DNA from: Centroscyllium fabricii
Taxonomy: Eukaryota
DNA: 64,000 nt
Assembly (NCBI GenBank): GCA_051313645.2
Contig: JBNRSN020000306.1
Span: forward strand, 434,001-498,000
Reading direction: 5' to 3'
The position numbers and the translations under genes were made by a program. Positions 53,032 through 64,000 of the stretch are shown here, in pieces; position 1 is the stretch's first letter; each line of letters opens with the position of its first letter. Under the pieces are notes generated by a model that saw nothing but the letters and a program-made list of their open reading frames with translations, ran no database searches and was not told the origin of the DNA.

Positions 53032-54722
53032 TCTTGCAAACCAAAGCTCACAATCGTACTGTCATTGGCTGCAGTGCATCATTGCACCTCCTACAAATTC
53101 AATTTTCTTGCCCATAATCCAGCCTGTGCAGCGCATTTCATTCACGAATCTAGATTGACTGCCTCAAACCGCCATCACTTCAGAAATATTCTCCCTTCCA
53201 CAAATGACTTGCTCTTTAGCAGCAGCGTCAGTTTTCACAAATGCCGTGCCCCAGATATCTGTGTTGGATCTTCAACTTTTCTTCCTATGTATGTTTGACT
53301 TGAATGGATCAGTAGAGCGCTGGAGATCGTAGTTTTATATCGCACAAAGTTAGACGATCGATTCTTACTGCAAATGGGAAATACAGGGAACCAAATGGAC
53401 AGAGAGAGAAGAAGCAAGCCGAGAAAACCAAGGCAAATCGTGTTCACTGTGCGCTAGTGTGATACCACCCACTTTAAGATATTTCGGAGTATTTTCTAAA
53501 TAATGGGAAGTTATTAACTGTTGAGGAGCAAAGAGATTTCTGAGTCCCGGTTCACAAATCATTATTAGCTGGTAGAAATGGAGGAAAATACATTCGAAAA
53601 ATACGCGCATACGGGACATTTAGCTACAGTTGAATCTCGTGGTAGTAAAGGTCACATTTTTATCCTGGTTGAAAATTGTTTGCTCGACAAGAGACACATT
53701 TTTCGGATAATGATCTGGTAATTTAATTGGCAGGATATTATGAGTGTTGACTCTGAGCGATCTCTTTTCGGGCCTCAACAATTTACCGATTTTTTTACGA
53801 CTTATTGATGGGATTGAGAAGCTCCCATGATAGATTGAGGATAAAAAAATTAAAGGCGGCATTAGAAGCAGTTTACATGGGAGCAATAAATTTGTCAAAA
53901 TATTCATAGATTGATTGAAAGGGCAAATCCTTTGCAAATTGTTTTAAATATTATCAAGTGTGACGTCATCCACTTCGGATCTGAAAAGGGGCGTCTAGTA
54001 CACACTCGTTATAATGTTAAGATGGGAAAATTTGTGATCCGTAGTCTAAATGGTCCATGTACAAATATCATTGAATGGTCATGGACAGAAAAGATTCAAA
54101 AGACTATTTGAAAGGTGATATGTTTCTCTGTGGAATTTCAATAGAAGAAGCAGTAATATGCCCCATCTACACAAAGCACAGGAGAGACCACACCTGCGGT
54201 ACTGTGTTCAGTTCTGGGCTTCACACCTGAGGAAGGTGGTCGTTGGCATAAAGGTGGAGCCTAGGTTTACCGCAATGATACAGAGTGTCAACGTCCAATG
54301 GAAGATTGCATAATCTAGGGTTATATTACCTGGAATTTAGAAGATTAAATGGGGAATTGATGGAAGTATTCACGATATTATGTGGAACTGATCGTGTCGA
54401 TAGCGAGAAGCGATGTTTGATGATTGACCTGCCCGGGAGCCGGGAACATAGCCTCAAACATAGATACATGAATTGCAGGAGTGGAGTGAGTGTGACAGAA
54501 ATTTCTAACACACTTCAGCAAACAACCCTTGAAGCTGGGTCAATTGTCAGTCTTGAGATTGAGAGATGTTTGTCAAACAAATGCATCAATGGAGCGTTCC
54601 AGCACAGATTTAATTAAATGGCAGAGCGGCTCGAGGGGTTAAAAAGCCTCATCCTGTTGATATTTTCATCGTTAAAGGATCAGAGCACGGATGCAGAGAC
54701 GACAATCCCCGTTTGAAAGCAG

Positions 54723-54795
54723 CGCCCGAACAGGGACTTGAACCCTGGACCCTCAGATTAAAAGTCTGATGCTCTACCGACTGAGCTATCCGGGC
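54723..54795 (-). tRNA. tRNA-Lys(TTT), consensus
   Basis: Identical 73-mer; trailer TTTC. Confidence 0.96.
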
Positions 54796-56497
54796 TCTTG
54801 CTAACCAAAGCTCACAATCGTACTGTCATTGGCTGCAGTGCATCATTGCACCTCCTACAAATTCAATTTTCTTGCCCATAATCCAGCCTGTGCAGCGCAT
54901 TTCATTCACGAATCTAGATTGACTGCCTCAAACCGCCATCACTTCAGAAATATTCTCCCTTCCACAAATAACTTGCTCTTTAGCAGCAGCGTCAGTTTTC
55001 ACAAATGCCGTGCCCCAGATATCTGTGTTGGATCTTCAACTTTTCTTCCTATGTATGTTTGACTTGAATGGATCAGTAGAGCGCTGGAGATCGTAGTTTT
55101 ATATCGCACAAAGTTAGACGATCGATTCTTACTGCAAATGGGAAATACAGGGAACCAAATGGACAGAGAGAGAAGAAGCAAGCCGAGAAAACCATGGCAA
55201 ATCGTGTTCACTGTGCGCTAGTGTGATACCACCCACTTTGGAACAAAGTAAGATATTTCGGAGTATTTTCTAAATAATGGGAAGTTATTAACTGTTGAGG
55301 AGCAAAGAGATTTCTGAGTCCCGGTTCACAAATCATTATTAGCTGGTAGAAATGGAGGAAAATACATTCGAAAAATACGCGCATACGGGACGTTTAGCTA
55401 CAGTTGAATCTCATGGTAGTAAAGGTCACATTTTTATCCTGGTTCGAAAATTGTTTGCTCGACAAGAGACACATTTTTCGGATAATGATCTGGTAATTTA
55501 ATTGGCAGGATATTATGAGTGTTGACTCTGAGCGATCTCTTTTCGGGCCACAATAATTTACCGATTTTTTTACGACTTATTGATGTGATTGAGAAGCTCC
55601 CATGATAGATTGAGGATAAAAAAATTAAAGGCGGCATTAGAAGCAGTTTAGATGGGAGTAATAAATTTGTCAAAATATTCATAGATTGATTGAAAGGGCA
55701 AATCCTTTGCAAATTGATTTAAATATTATCAAGTGTGACGTCATCCACTTCGGATCTGAAAAGGGGCGTCTAGTACACACTCGTTATAATGTTAAGATGG
55801 AAAAAGTTGTGATCCGTAGTCTAAATGGTCCATGTACAAATATCATTAAATGGTCATGGACAGAAAAGATTCAAAATACTATTTGAAAGGTGATATGTTT
55901 CTCTGTGGAATTTCAATAGAAGAAGCAGTAATATGCCCCATCTACACAAAGCACAGGAGAGACCACACCTGCGGTACTGTGTTCAGTTCTGGGCTTCACA
56001 ACTGAGGAAGGTGGTCGTTGGCATAAAGGTGGAGCCTATGTTTACCACAATGATACAGAGTGTCAACGTCCAATGGAAGATTGCATAATCTAGGGTTATA
56101 TTACCTGGAATTTAGAAGATTAAATGGGGAATTGATGGAAGTATTCACGATATTATGTGGAACTGATCGTGTCGATAGCGAGAAGCGATGTTTGATGATT
56201 GACCTGCCCGGGAGCCGGGAACATAGCCTCAAACATAGATACATGAATTGCAGGAGTGGAGTGAGTGTGACAGAAATTTCTATCACACTTCAGCAAACAA
56301 CCCTTGAAGCTGGGTCAATTGTCAGTCTTGAGATTGAGAGATGTTTGTCAAACAAATGCATCAATGGAGCGTTCCAGCACAGATTTAATTAAATGGCAGA
56401 GCGGCTCGAGGGGTTAAAAAGCCTCATCCTGTTGTTATTTTCAACGTTAAAGGATCAGAGCACGGATGCAGAGACGACAATCCCCGTTTGAAAGCAG

Positions 56498-56570
56498 CGC
56501 CCGAACAGGGACTTGAACCCTGGACCCTCAGATTAAAAGTCTGATGCTCTACCGACTGAGCTATCCGGGC
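56498..56570 (-). tRNA. tRNA-Lys(TTT), consensus
   Basis: Identical 73-mer; trailer TTTC. Confidence 0.96.
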
Positions 56571-57214
56571 TCTTGCTAACCAAAGCTCACAATCGTACTG
56601 TCATTGGCTGCAGTGCATCATTGCACCTCCTACAAATTCAATTTTCTTGCCCATAATCCAGCCTGTGCAGCGCATTTCATTCACGAATCTAGATTGACTG
56701 CCTCAAACCGCCATCACTTCAGAAATATTCTCCCTTCCACAAATGACTTGCTCTTTAGCAGCAGCGTCAGTTTTCACAAATGCCGTGCCCCAGATATCTG
56801 TGTTGGATCTTCAACTTTTCTTCCTATGTATGTTTGACTTGAATGGATCAATAGAGCGCTGGAGATCGTAGTTTTATATCGCACAAAGTTAGACGATCGA
56901 TTCTTACTGCAAATGGGAAATACAGGGAACCAAATGGACAGAGAGAGAAGAAGCAAGCCGAGAAAACCAAGGCAAATCGTGTTCACTGTGCGCTAGTGTG
57001 ATACCACCCACTTTGGAACAAAGTAATATATTTCGGAGTATTTTCTAAATAATGGGAAGTTATTAACTGTTGAGGAGCAAAGTGATTTCTGAGTCCCGGT
57101 TCACAAATCATTATTAGCTGGTAGAAATGGAGGAAAATACATTCGAAAAATACGCGCATACGGGACGTTTAGCTACAGTTGAATCTCATGGTAGTAAAGG
57201 TCACATTTTTATCC

Positions 57215-57765
57215 TGTAATGGTTCGGTTTCGAACCCAATAGCAGAACACCGGAGACAGTCTATAGTAAATGGGTGCTTTAATCCTAATTATAACAACAG
57301 TGCATATAAAGATATCAAAACACATAGAGTATAATCCACAATGCACAATAAAGCAACAGTAGTCCAAGATACCGATAGCCGGTAAGCCAGAGTTCAAATG
57401 TCCAAACCCCAATCCTTGGTGGTTGAAAAAGCAAGGCCCAAAAGTCTGGTGCTGCAGTACTTCCAATAATCACAGTTCAGGAAAGGACACTCCTTGATCG
57501 GTGTACCAGGTAATCTCACACGGCAGGAACCAGGAATCCAAAACGATTGGAAACGAATACAAATATAACTCCAGAAATAACAGGTAACAGGAAATAACAG
57601 AACTCTTAAACCAGCAGCATAGAAATAACACTCCGACAAAGTCCTAGGGCTAACAGGTGGCTTATATCTAGAATTTAGACCAATCAGATGTGTTACATTA
57701 CAATAGGTGATGATCCAATAATGAACTGCAGCCTAGACATTTAAAGTGACAGTCCACCCATGACA
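57215..57765 (-). repeat. 3' LTR of Gypsy element 2
   Basis: TGTAATGG...CCATGACA on +; only one mismatch to 60280-60830 seen (57451 G vs A). Confidence 0.96.
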
Positions 57766-57842
57766 GAACCCCCCCCTTAAGGGACGCCACCTGACGTCCC
57801 CAAAACCCAATCGCCTACAACCGGGTTGGCGGGGAGAAGGAA

Positions 57843-59340
57843 CTAACAATTTTCGGGTCTCTTGTCAATATCCATCTCCTCATCTGGTGAAACAGAATCA
57901 TCCTGCCCCATTATTTCAGGGCCCTCGTCATCAGATGCCACCCTATCGTCCAGGTCCACCTGACTCAAAATGGTGTCGAAAACCTGTCCAGGTCTCCTAG
58001 GAATCGCCCTCCCCTTTCTCGGTTGACCAGGGTGCTGTTTGCGAAAGTCGGAAATAAGTTTGGGATCCATGATATTCCGAGCAGGGACCCAGGACCTCTC
58101 CTCAGGACCATACCCTTCCCAGTCCACTAGGTACTGAAGTCCCTTTCCTCGGCGACGGGAGTCAAGCAAACGACGGACCGTGTACACTAATCCACCGTCG
58201 AGAATACGAGGAGGTGGAGGGGGTGCGGAAACGGGTACTAAGGCACTCTCCTGAGCAGGCTTTATTCGTGATACGTGGAAAGTGGGATGAACCCTCATGG
58301 ACTTGGGGAGCTTGAGTCATACCGCAGCGGGGTTAATGATCCTTTCAACCACGAACGGTCCGATAAATCTGGGAGCGAGTTTTTTGGACTCCACTTGGAG
58401 AGGCAGATCCTTTGTGGAGAGCCAAACCTTCTGCCCGACCCGATACTCCGGAGCAGTAGAACGACGACGGTTGGCCGAAGCCGAGTATCGATCCGCCGAG
58501 CGAAGCAGCGACATCCGCGCTTGTTCCCATGTCCTGTGGCATCGTTGGATGAAGTCCTGGACGGACGGACAAGATACCTCCTTCTCTAGGTCCGGAAACA
58601 ATGGAGGCTGGAACCCATATGCGCACTGAAAGGGCGAAAGTCCTGTAGCGGAACTAGTCAGCGTGTTGTGCGCATACTCCACCCACAATAGTAATGTGGA
58701 CCAGGAAGAGGGATTTTTGGAGATCATGCACCGAAGTGCCTTCTCCATCTCCTGATTCATCCTCTCCGATTGTCCATTAGACTGGGGATGGAATCCCGAC
58801 GACAGACTGACCTTGGCCCCGATGAGACTGCAGAATTCCCTCCAAAATATCGAAGTAAATTGGGGACCTCGATCAGACACCACATCCACCGGAAGCCCAT
58901 GAAGCCGAAACACGTGCTGCAACATGAGCTCTGCAGTTTCTTTAGCAGAGGGCAGCTTATCCAAGGGTATAAAATGTGCCATCTTGCTAAACCTGTCCAC
59001 CACCGTTAGCACCGTGGTCAGTCCCTTGGATGAGGGTAGTCCTGTGACAAAATCCAGGGCTATGTGAGACCAAGGCCGATGGGGTATAGGCAATGGTTGA
59101 AGCAGGCCAGCAGGTTGCGGCAGTGGACACCGGTCGATCCCCAACTGTGTAACCAGGTCCTTATCAATGATATTAACATCTGCCCCCGAGTCGATAAATA
59201 TGGCAAACTTCCGAGATCCTGATGGCAGAAGAAGTCGAGCCTGGCACAAAGGCCGTGAATTTGAAGAGAGTCTAATCGGAGTTCGGCTCACCAGTACGAC
59301 TCCCTCTACTGGTGAGTCTGGTCTTTTACCGGGCATCCTA
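57843..59340 (-). pseudogene. Deleted pol: protease N-terminus fused in frame to integrase core and chromodomain
   Basis: FIDSGAD...RCPLPQP|[10 protein letters not shown]...LDFVTG...SDRGPQF...[11 protein letters not shown] at 58317-58319, then in-frame [15 protein letters not shown]. Confidence 0.92.
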
Positions 59341-60262
59341 CGACAAAATGGCCGGCCTGACCACAGTATAGGCATAAACCCCTCCTGCGGCGCCGACTGT
59401 GCTCTAATGGCGAAATGCCTGTGCGGCCTAACTGCATGGGTTCGGGAATCCCTGACGTGGCCGAATCTCTGGGCGCCACGAATCTCTCCTGAACCCGTTT
59501 ACCAGGATGATGACCCGTCTCTCCCAATCCTCTCTCACGCTGTCATGCCTGGATCCTTAGATCGATCCTAGTAACCAGACTGATGATCTCATCCAAAGTA
59601 GAAGGGAGATTATGTGATACTAATTCATCCTTGACGTATCCCGCCAATCCATGCAGGAAAACCTCACATTTGGCAGCCATGTTCCAATTGCTCCGACGAG
59701 CCTTGATCCGAAAATCAATGGCATAGTCCACCACCGTCTGATTTCCCTGGTTCATACTCATAAGGCCCTCAGCCGTCTCCACCTCAAAGGCTACCCTGCC
59801 AAAAACTCTTCTCAACTCCTCAGAAAATGTTCTGAAAGAACTGCATGCCGGAGTATCTCTCTCCCACTCGGCAGTACCCCAGAGTCTAGCTCTCCCCGAG
59901 AGATGGTTGATCATAAATGCTACTCTTGCCTTCTCGCTGGCAAAGGTGCGCGGTTGTAGGGAAAACAAAATAGAACAGTTCGTAATGAAGGGGTCGCACT
60001 GTTCTGGTTCACCAGCATAACGCTCTGGTACTCCAACCCGGTGCTCGGGTGTGAAGCTCTGAAGTAGAGACAGGGAAACTGATTCAGCTGTTGAAACAGG
60101 TTCCGGTGTGGAAGAAGTCCCTGCTGGGTTTGCTACAGTGAACGCCCTCATGTCAGAGGTTAGCCGTTCTATTTTAGAGAACAAATCCCCAAAAGCCTGA
60201 CCCTGAAGTGTCAGGACCTCCTCCATGCGCGCCAGACGTCCCGGTGTGTCCGCTGGGTTCAT
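59306..60262 (-). pseudogene. gag of element 2 (start MNPADTP) with one nonsense codon
   Basis: [11 protein letters not shown] at 59543-59545, same frame continues PEPMQLG and [14 protein letters not shown] to a stop at 59306. Confidence 0.9.
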
Positions 60263-60267
60263 GATTG

Positions 60268-60278
60268 GTCGGAGTGTT
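60268..60278 (-). other. Self-priming primer binding site of element 2
   Basis: Minus-strand AACACTCCGAC is the exact complement of LTR 60692-60702, ~25-30 nt downstream of ATATAA (60727-60732). Confidence 0.85.
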
Positions 60279-60279
60279 C

Positions 60280-60830
60280 TGTAATGGTTCGGTTTCGAAC
60301 CCAATAGCAGAACACCGGAGACAGTCTATAGTAAATGGGTGCTTTAATCCTAATTATAACAACAGTGCATATAAAGATATCAAAACACATAGAGTATAAT
60401 CCACAATGCACAATAAAGCAACAGTAGTCCAAGATACCGATAGCCGGTAAGCCAGAGTTCAAATGTCCAAACCCCAATCCTTGGTGGTTGAAAAAGCAAG
60501 GCCCAAAAGTCTGGTACTGCAGTACTTCCAATAATCACAGTTCAGGAAAGGACACTCCTTGATCGGTGTACCAGGTAATCTCACACGGCAGGAACCAGGA
60601 ATCCAAAACGATTGGAAACGAATACAAATATAACTCCAGAAATAACAGGTAACAGGAAATAACAGAACTCTTAAACCAGCAGCATAGAAATAACACTCCG
60701 ACAAAGTCCTAGGGCTAACAGGTGGCTTATATCTAGAATTTAGACCAATCAGATGTGTTACATTACAATAGGTGATGATCCAATAATGAACTGCAGCCTA
60801 GACATTTAAAGTGACAGTCCACCCATGACA
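60280..60830 (-). repeat. 5' LTR of Gypsy element 2
   Basis: Direct repeat of 57215-57765. Confidence 0.96.
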
Positions 60831-61893
60831 TATCCTGGTTCGAAAATTGTTTGCTCGACAAGAGACACATTTTTCGGATAATGATCTGGTAATTTAATTG
60901 GCAGGATATTATGAGTGTTGACTCTGAGCGATCTCTTTTCGGGCCACAACAATTTACCGATTTTTTTACGACTTATTGATGGGATTGAGAAGCTCCCATG
61001 ATAGATTGAGGATAAAAAAATTAAAGGCGGCATTAGAAGCAGTTTAGATGGGAGCAATAAATTTGTCAAAATATTCATAGATTGATTGAAAGGGCAAATC
61101 CTTTGCAAATTGATTTAAATATTATCAAGTGTGACGTCATCCACTTCGGATCTGAAAAGGGGCGTCTAGTACACACTCGTTATAATGTTAAGATGGAAAA
61201 AGTTGTGATCCGTAGTCTAAATGGTCCATGTACAAATATCATTAAATGGTCATGGACAGAAAAGATTCAAAAGACTATTTGAAAGGTGATATGTTTCTCT
61301 GTGGAATTTCAATAGAAGAAGCAGTAATATGCCCCATCTACACAAAGCACAGGAGAGACCACACCTGCGGTACTGTGTTCAGTTCTGGGCTTCACAACTG
61401 AGGAAGGTGGTCGTTGGCATAAAGGTGGAGCCTATGTTTACCACAATGATACAGAGTGTCAACGTCCAATGGAAGATTGCATAATCTAGGGTTATATTAC
61501 CTGGAATTTAGAAGATTAAATGGGGAATTGATGGAAGTATTCACGATATTATGTGGAACTGATCGTGTCGATAGCGAGAAGCGATGTTTGATGATTGACC
61601 TGCCCGGGAGCCGGGAACATAGCCTCAAACATAGATACATGAATTGCAGGAGTGGAGTGAGTGTGACAGAAATTTCTATCACACTTCAGCAAACAACCCT
61701 TGAAGCTGGGTCAATTGTCAGTCTTGAGATTGAGAGATGTTTGTCAAACAAATGCATCAATGGAGCGTTCCAGCACAGATTTAATTAAATGGCAGAGCGG
61801 CTCGAGGGGTTAAAAAGCCTCATCCTGTTGTTATTTTCAACGTTAAAGGATCAGAGCACGGACGCAGAGACGACAATCCCCGTTTAAAAGCAG

Positions 61894-61966
61894 CGCCCGA
61901 ACAGGGACTTGAACCCTGGACCCTCAGATTAAAAGTCTGATGGTCTACCGACTGAGCTATCTGGGC
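61894..61966 (-). tRNA. tRNA-Lys(TTT) variant (G5A, G24C), probably impaired
   Basis: Mismatches in acceptor and D stems. Confidence 0.75.
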
Positions 61967-63660
61967 TCTTGCTAACCAATGCTCACAATCGTACTGTCAT
62001 TGGCTGCAGTGCATCATTGCACCTCCTACAAATTCAATTTTCTTGCCCATAATCCAGCCTGTGCAGTGCATTTCATTCACGAATCTAGATTGACTGCCTC
62101 AAACCGCCATCACTTCAGAAATATTCTGCCTTCCACAAATGACTTGCTCTTTAGCAGCAGCGTCAGTTTTCACAAATGCCGTGCCCCAGATATCTGTGTT
62201 GGATCTTCAACTTTTCTTCCTATGTATGTTTGACTTGAATGGATCAGTAGAGCGCTGGAGATCGTAGTTTTATATCGCACAAAGTTAGACGATCGATTCT
62301 TACTGCAAATGGGAAATACAGGGAACCAAATGGACAGAGAGAGAAGAAGCAAGCCGAGAAAACCAAGGCAAATCGTGTTCACTGTGCGCTAGTGTGATAC
62401 CACCCACTTTGGAACAAAGTAAGATATTTCGGAGTATTTTCTAAATAATGGGAAGTTATTAACTGTTGAGGAGCAAAGAGATTTCTGAGTCCCGGTTCAC
62501 AAATCATTATTAGCTGGTAGAAATGGAGGAAAATACATTCGAAAAATACGCGCATACGGGACATTTAGCTACAGTTGAATCTCGTGGTAGTAAAGGTCAC
62601 ATTTTTATCCTGGTTCGAAAATTGTTTGCTCGACAAGAGACACATTTTTCGGATAATGATCTGGTAATTTAATTGGCAGGATATTATGAGTGTTGACTCT
62701 GAGCGATCTCTTTTCGGGCCTCAACAATTTACCGATTTTTTTACGACTTATTGATGGGATTGAGAAGCTCCCATGATAGATTGAGGATAAAAAAATTAAA
62801 GGCGGCATTAGAAGCAGTTTAGATGGGAGCAATAAATTTGTCAAAATATTCATAGATTGATTGAAAGGGCAAATCCTTTGCAAATTGATTTAAATATTAT
62901 CAAGTGTGACGTCATCCACTTCGGATCTGAAAAGGGGCGTCTAGTACACACTCGTTATAATGTTAAGATGGAAAAAGTTGTTATCCGTAGTCTAAATGGT
63001 CCATGTACAAATATCATTGAATGGTCATGGACAGAAAAGATTCAAAAGACTATTTGAAAGGTGATATGTTTCTCTGTGGAATTTCAATAGAAGAAGCAGT
63101 AATATGCCCCATCTACACAAAGCACAGGAGAGACCACACCTGCGGTACTGTGTTCAGTTCTGGGCTTCACACCTGAGGAAGGTGGTCGTTGGCATAAAGG
63201 TGGAGCCTAGGTTTACCACAATAATAAAGAGTGTCAACGTCCAATGGAAGATTGCATAATCTAGGGTTATATTACCTGGAATTTAGAAGATTAAATGGGG
63301 AATTGATGGAAGTATTCACGATATTATGTTGAACTGATCGTGTCGATAGCGAGAAGCGATGTTTGATGATTGACCTGCCCGGGAGCCGGGAACATAGCCT
63401 CAAACATAGATACATGAATTGCAGGAGTGGAGTGAGTGTGACAGAAATTTCTAACACACTTCAGCAAACAACCCTTGAAGCTGGGTCAATTGTCAGTCTT
63501 GAGATTGAGAGATGTTTGTCAAACAAATGCATCAATGGAGCACAGATTTAATTAAATGGCAGAGCGGCTCGAGGGGTTAAAAAGCCTCATCCTGTTGTTA
63601 TTTTCAACGTTAAAGGATCAGAGCACGGACGCAGAGACGACAATCCCCGTTTAAAAGCAG

Positions 63661-63733
63661 CGCCCGAGCAGGGACTTGAACCCTGGACCCTCAGATTAAA
63701 AGTCTGATGCTCTACCGACTGAGCTATCCGGGC
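63661..63733 (-). tRNA. tRNA-Lys(TTT), T66C variant
   Basis: One acceptor-stem mismatch (A7:C66); T4 terminator. Confidence 0.85.
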
Positions 63734-64000
63734 TCTTGCGAACCAAAGCTCACAATCGTACTGTCATTGGCTGCAGTGCATCATTGCACCTCCTACAAAT
63801 TCAATTTTCTTGCCCATAATCCAGCCTGTGCAGCGCATTTCATTCACGAATCTAGATTGACTGCCTCAAACCGCCATCACTTCAGAAATATTCTCCCTTC
63901 CACAAATGACTTGCTCTTTAGCAGCAGCGTCAGTTTTCACAAATGCCGTGCCCCAGATATCTGTGTTGGATCTTCAACTTTTCTTCCTATGTATGTTTGA

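Larger units (their letters stand above)
57215..60830 (-). mobile_element. Young, internally deleted (RT/RNase H-less) Gypsy chromovirus inserted in the tRNA array
   Basis: 551-bp LTRs TG...CA, TSD TATCC (57210-57214 and 60831-60835), gag, partial PR fused to IN core, chromodomain, PPT. Confidence 0.97.
28635..64000 (-). repeat. Tandem tRNA-Lys(TTT) array, unit ~1764-1776 bp (~2200 bp with insert), continuing past the window end
   Basis: tRNA 3' ends at 30425, 32200, 34404, 36178, 37943, 40137, 42339, 44103, 45879, 47655, 49423, 51191, 52959, 54723, 56498, 61894, 63661; spacers nearly identical. Confidence 0.98.

Noticed and set aside
60262-60280. tRNA-Lys from the array as primer for the inserted LTR element
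   Set aside because: The PBS does not match the tRNA-Lys 3' end (would read TGGCGCCCGAAC) and instead matches the element's own LTR.
30425-63733. The tRNA-like repeats as SINE heads
   Set aside because: They are complete 73-nt cloverleafs followed closely by a T-run, arranged in tandem with no tail or TSD.
28691-64000. Repeated short ORFs in the array (MAAVHHC..., MIERANP..., MSTSNGR..., MQRICPF...) as a protein family
   Set aside because: Mostly non-ATG starts, broken by indels and stops in different units, and several are decayed CR1 RT frames.

Overview
Vertebrate genomic DNA, most likely a cartilaginous fish (inferred from the CR1/HE1-like/Penelope-like repeat content and the GPR139-like receptor type). 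Bases 1-28.5 kb are a transposon-rich region holding one two-exon class A GPCR gene on the minus strand (exon 1 22582-22648, exon 2 9788-10788, 11.8 kb intron), a full-length but decayed Gypsy chromovirus (1354-6868, TSD CATGA), nested CR1 LINEs, Penelope-like fragments, SINEs and an 84-bp minisatellite. From about 28.6 kb to the window end is a tandem array with a ~1.77-kb unit, each unit carrying one minus-strand tRNA-Lys(TTT) gene in a spacer made largely of decayed CR1 sequence: 17 full-length copies plus two broken remnants at the edge. A young, RT-deleted chromovirus (57215-60830, TSD TATCC) sits inside the array. Both LTR elements show a covarying Tf1/sushi-type self-priming signature. 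Coordinates and mismatch counts were read by eye; the many short repeated ORFs in the array are not genes.
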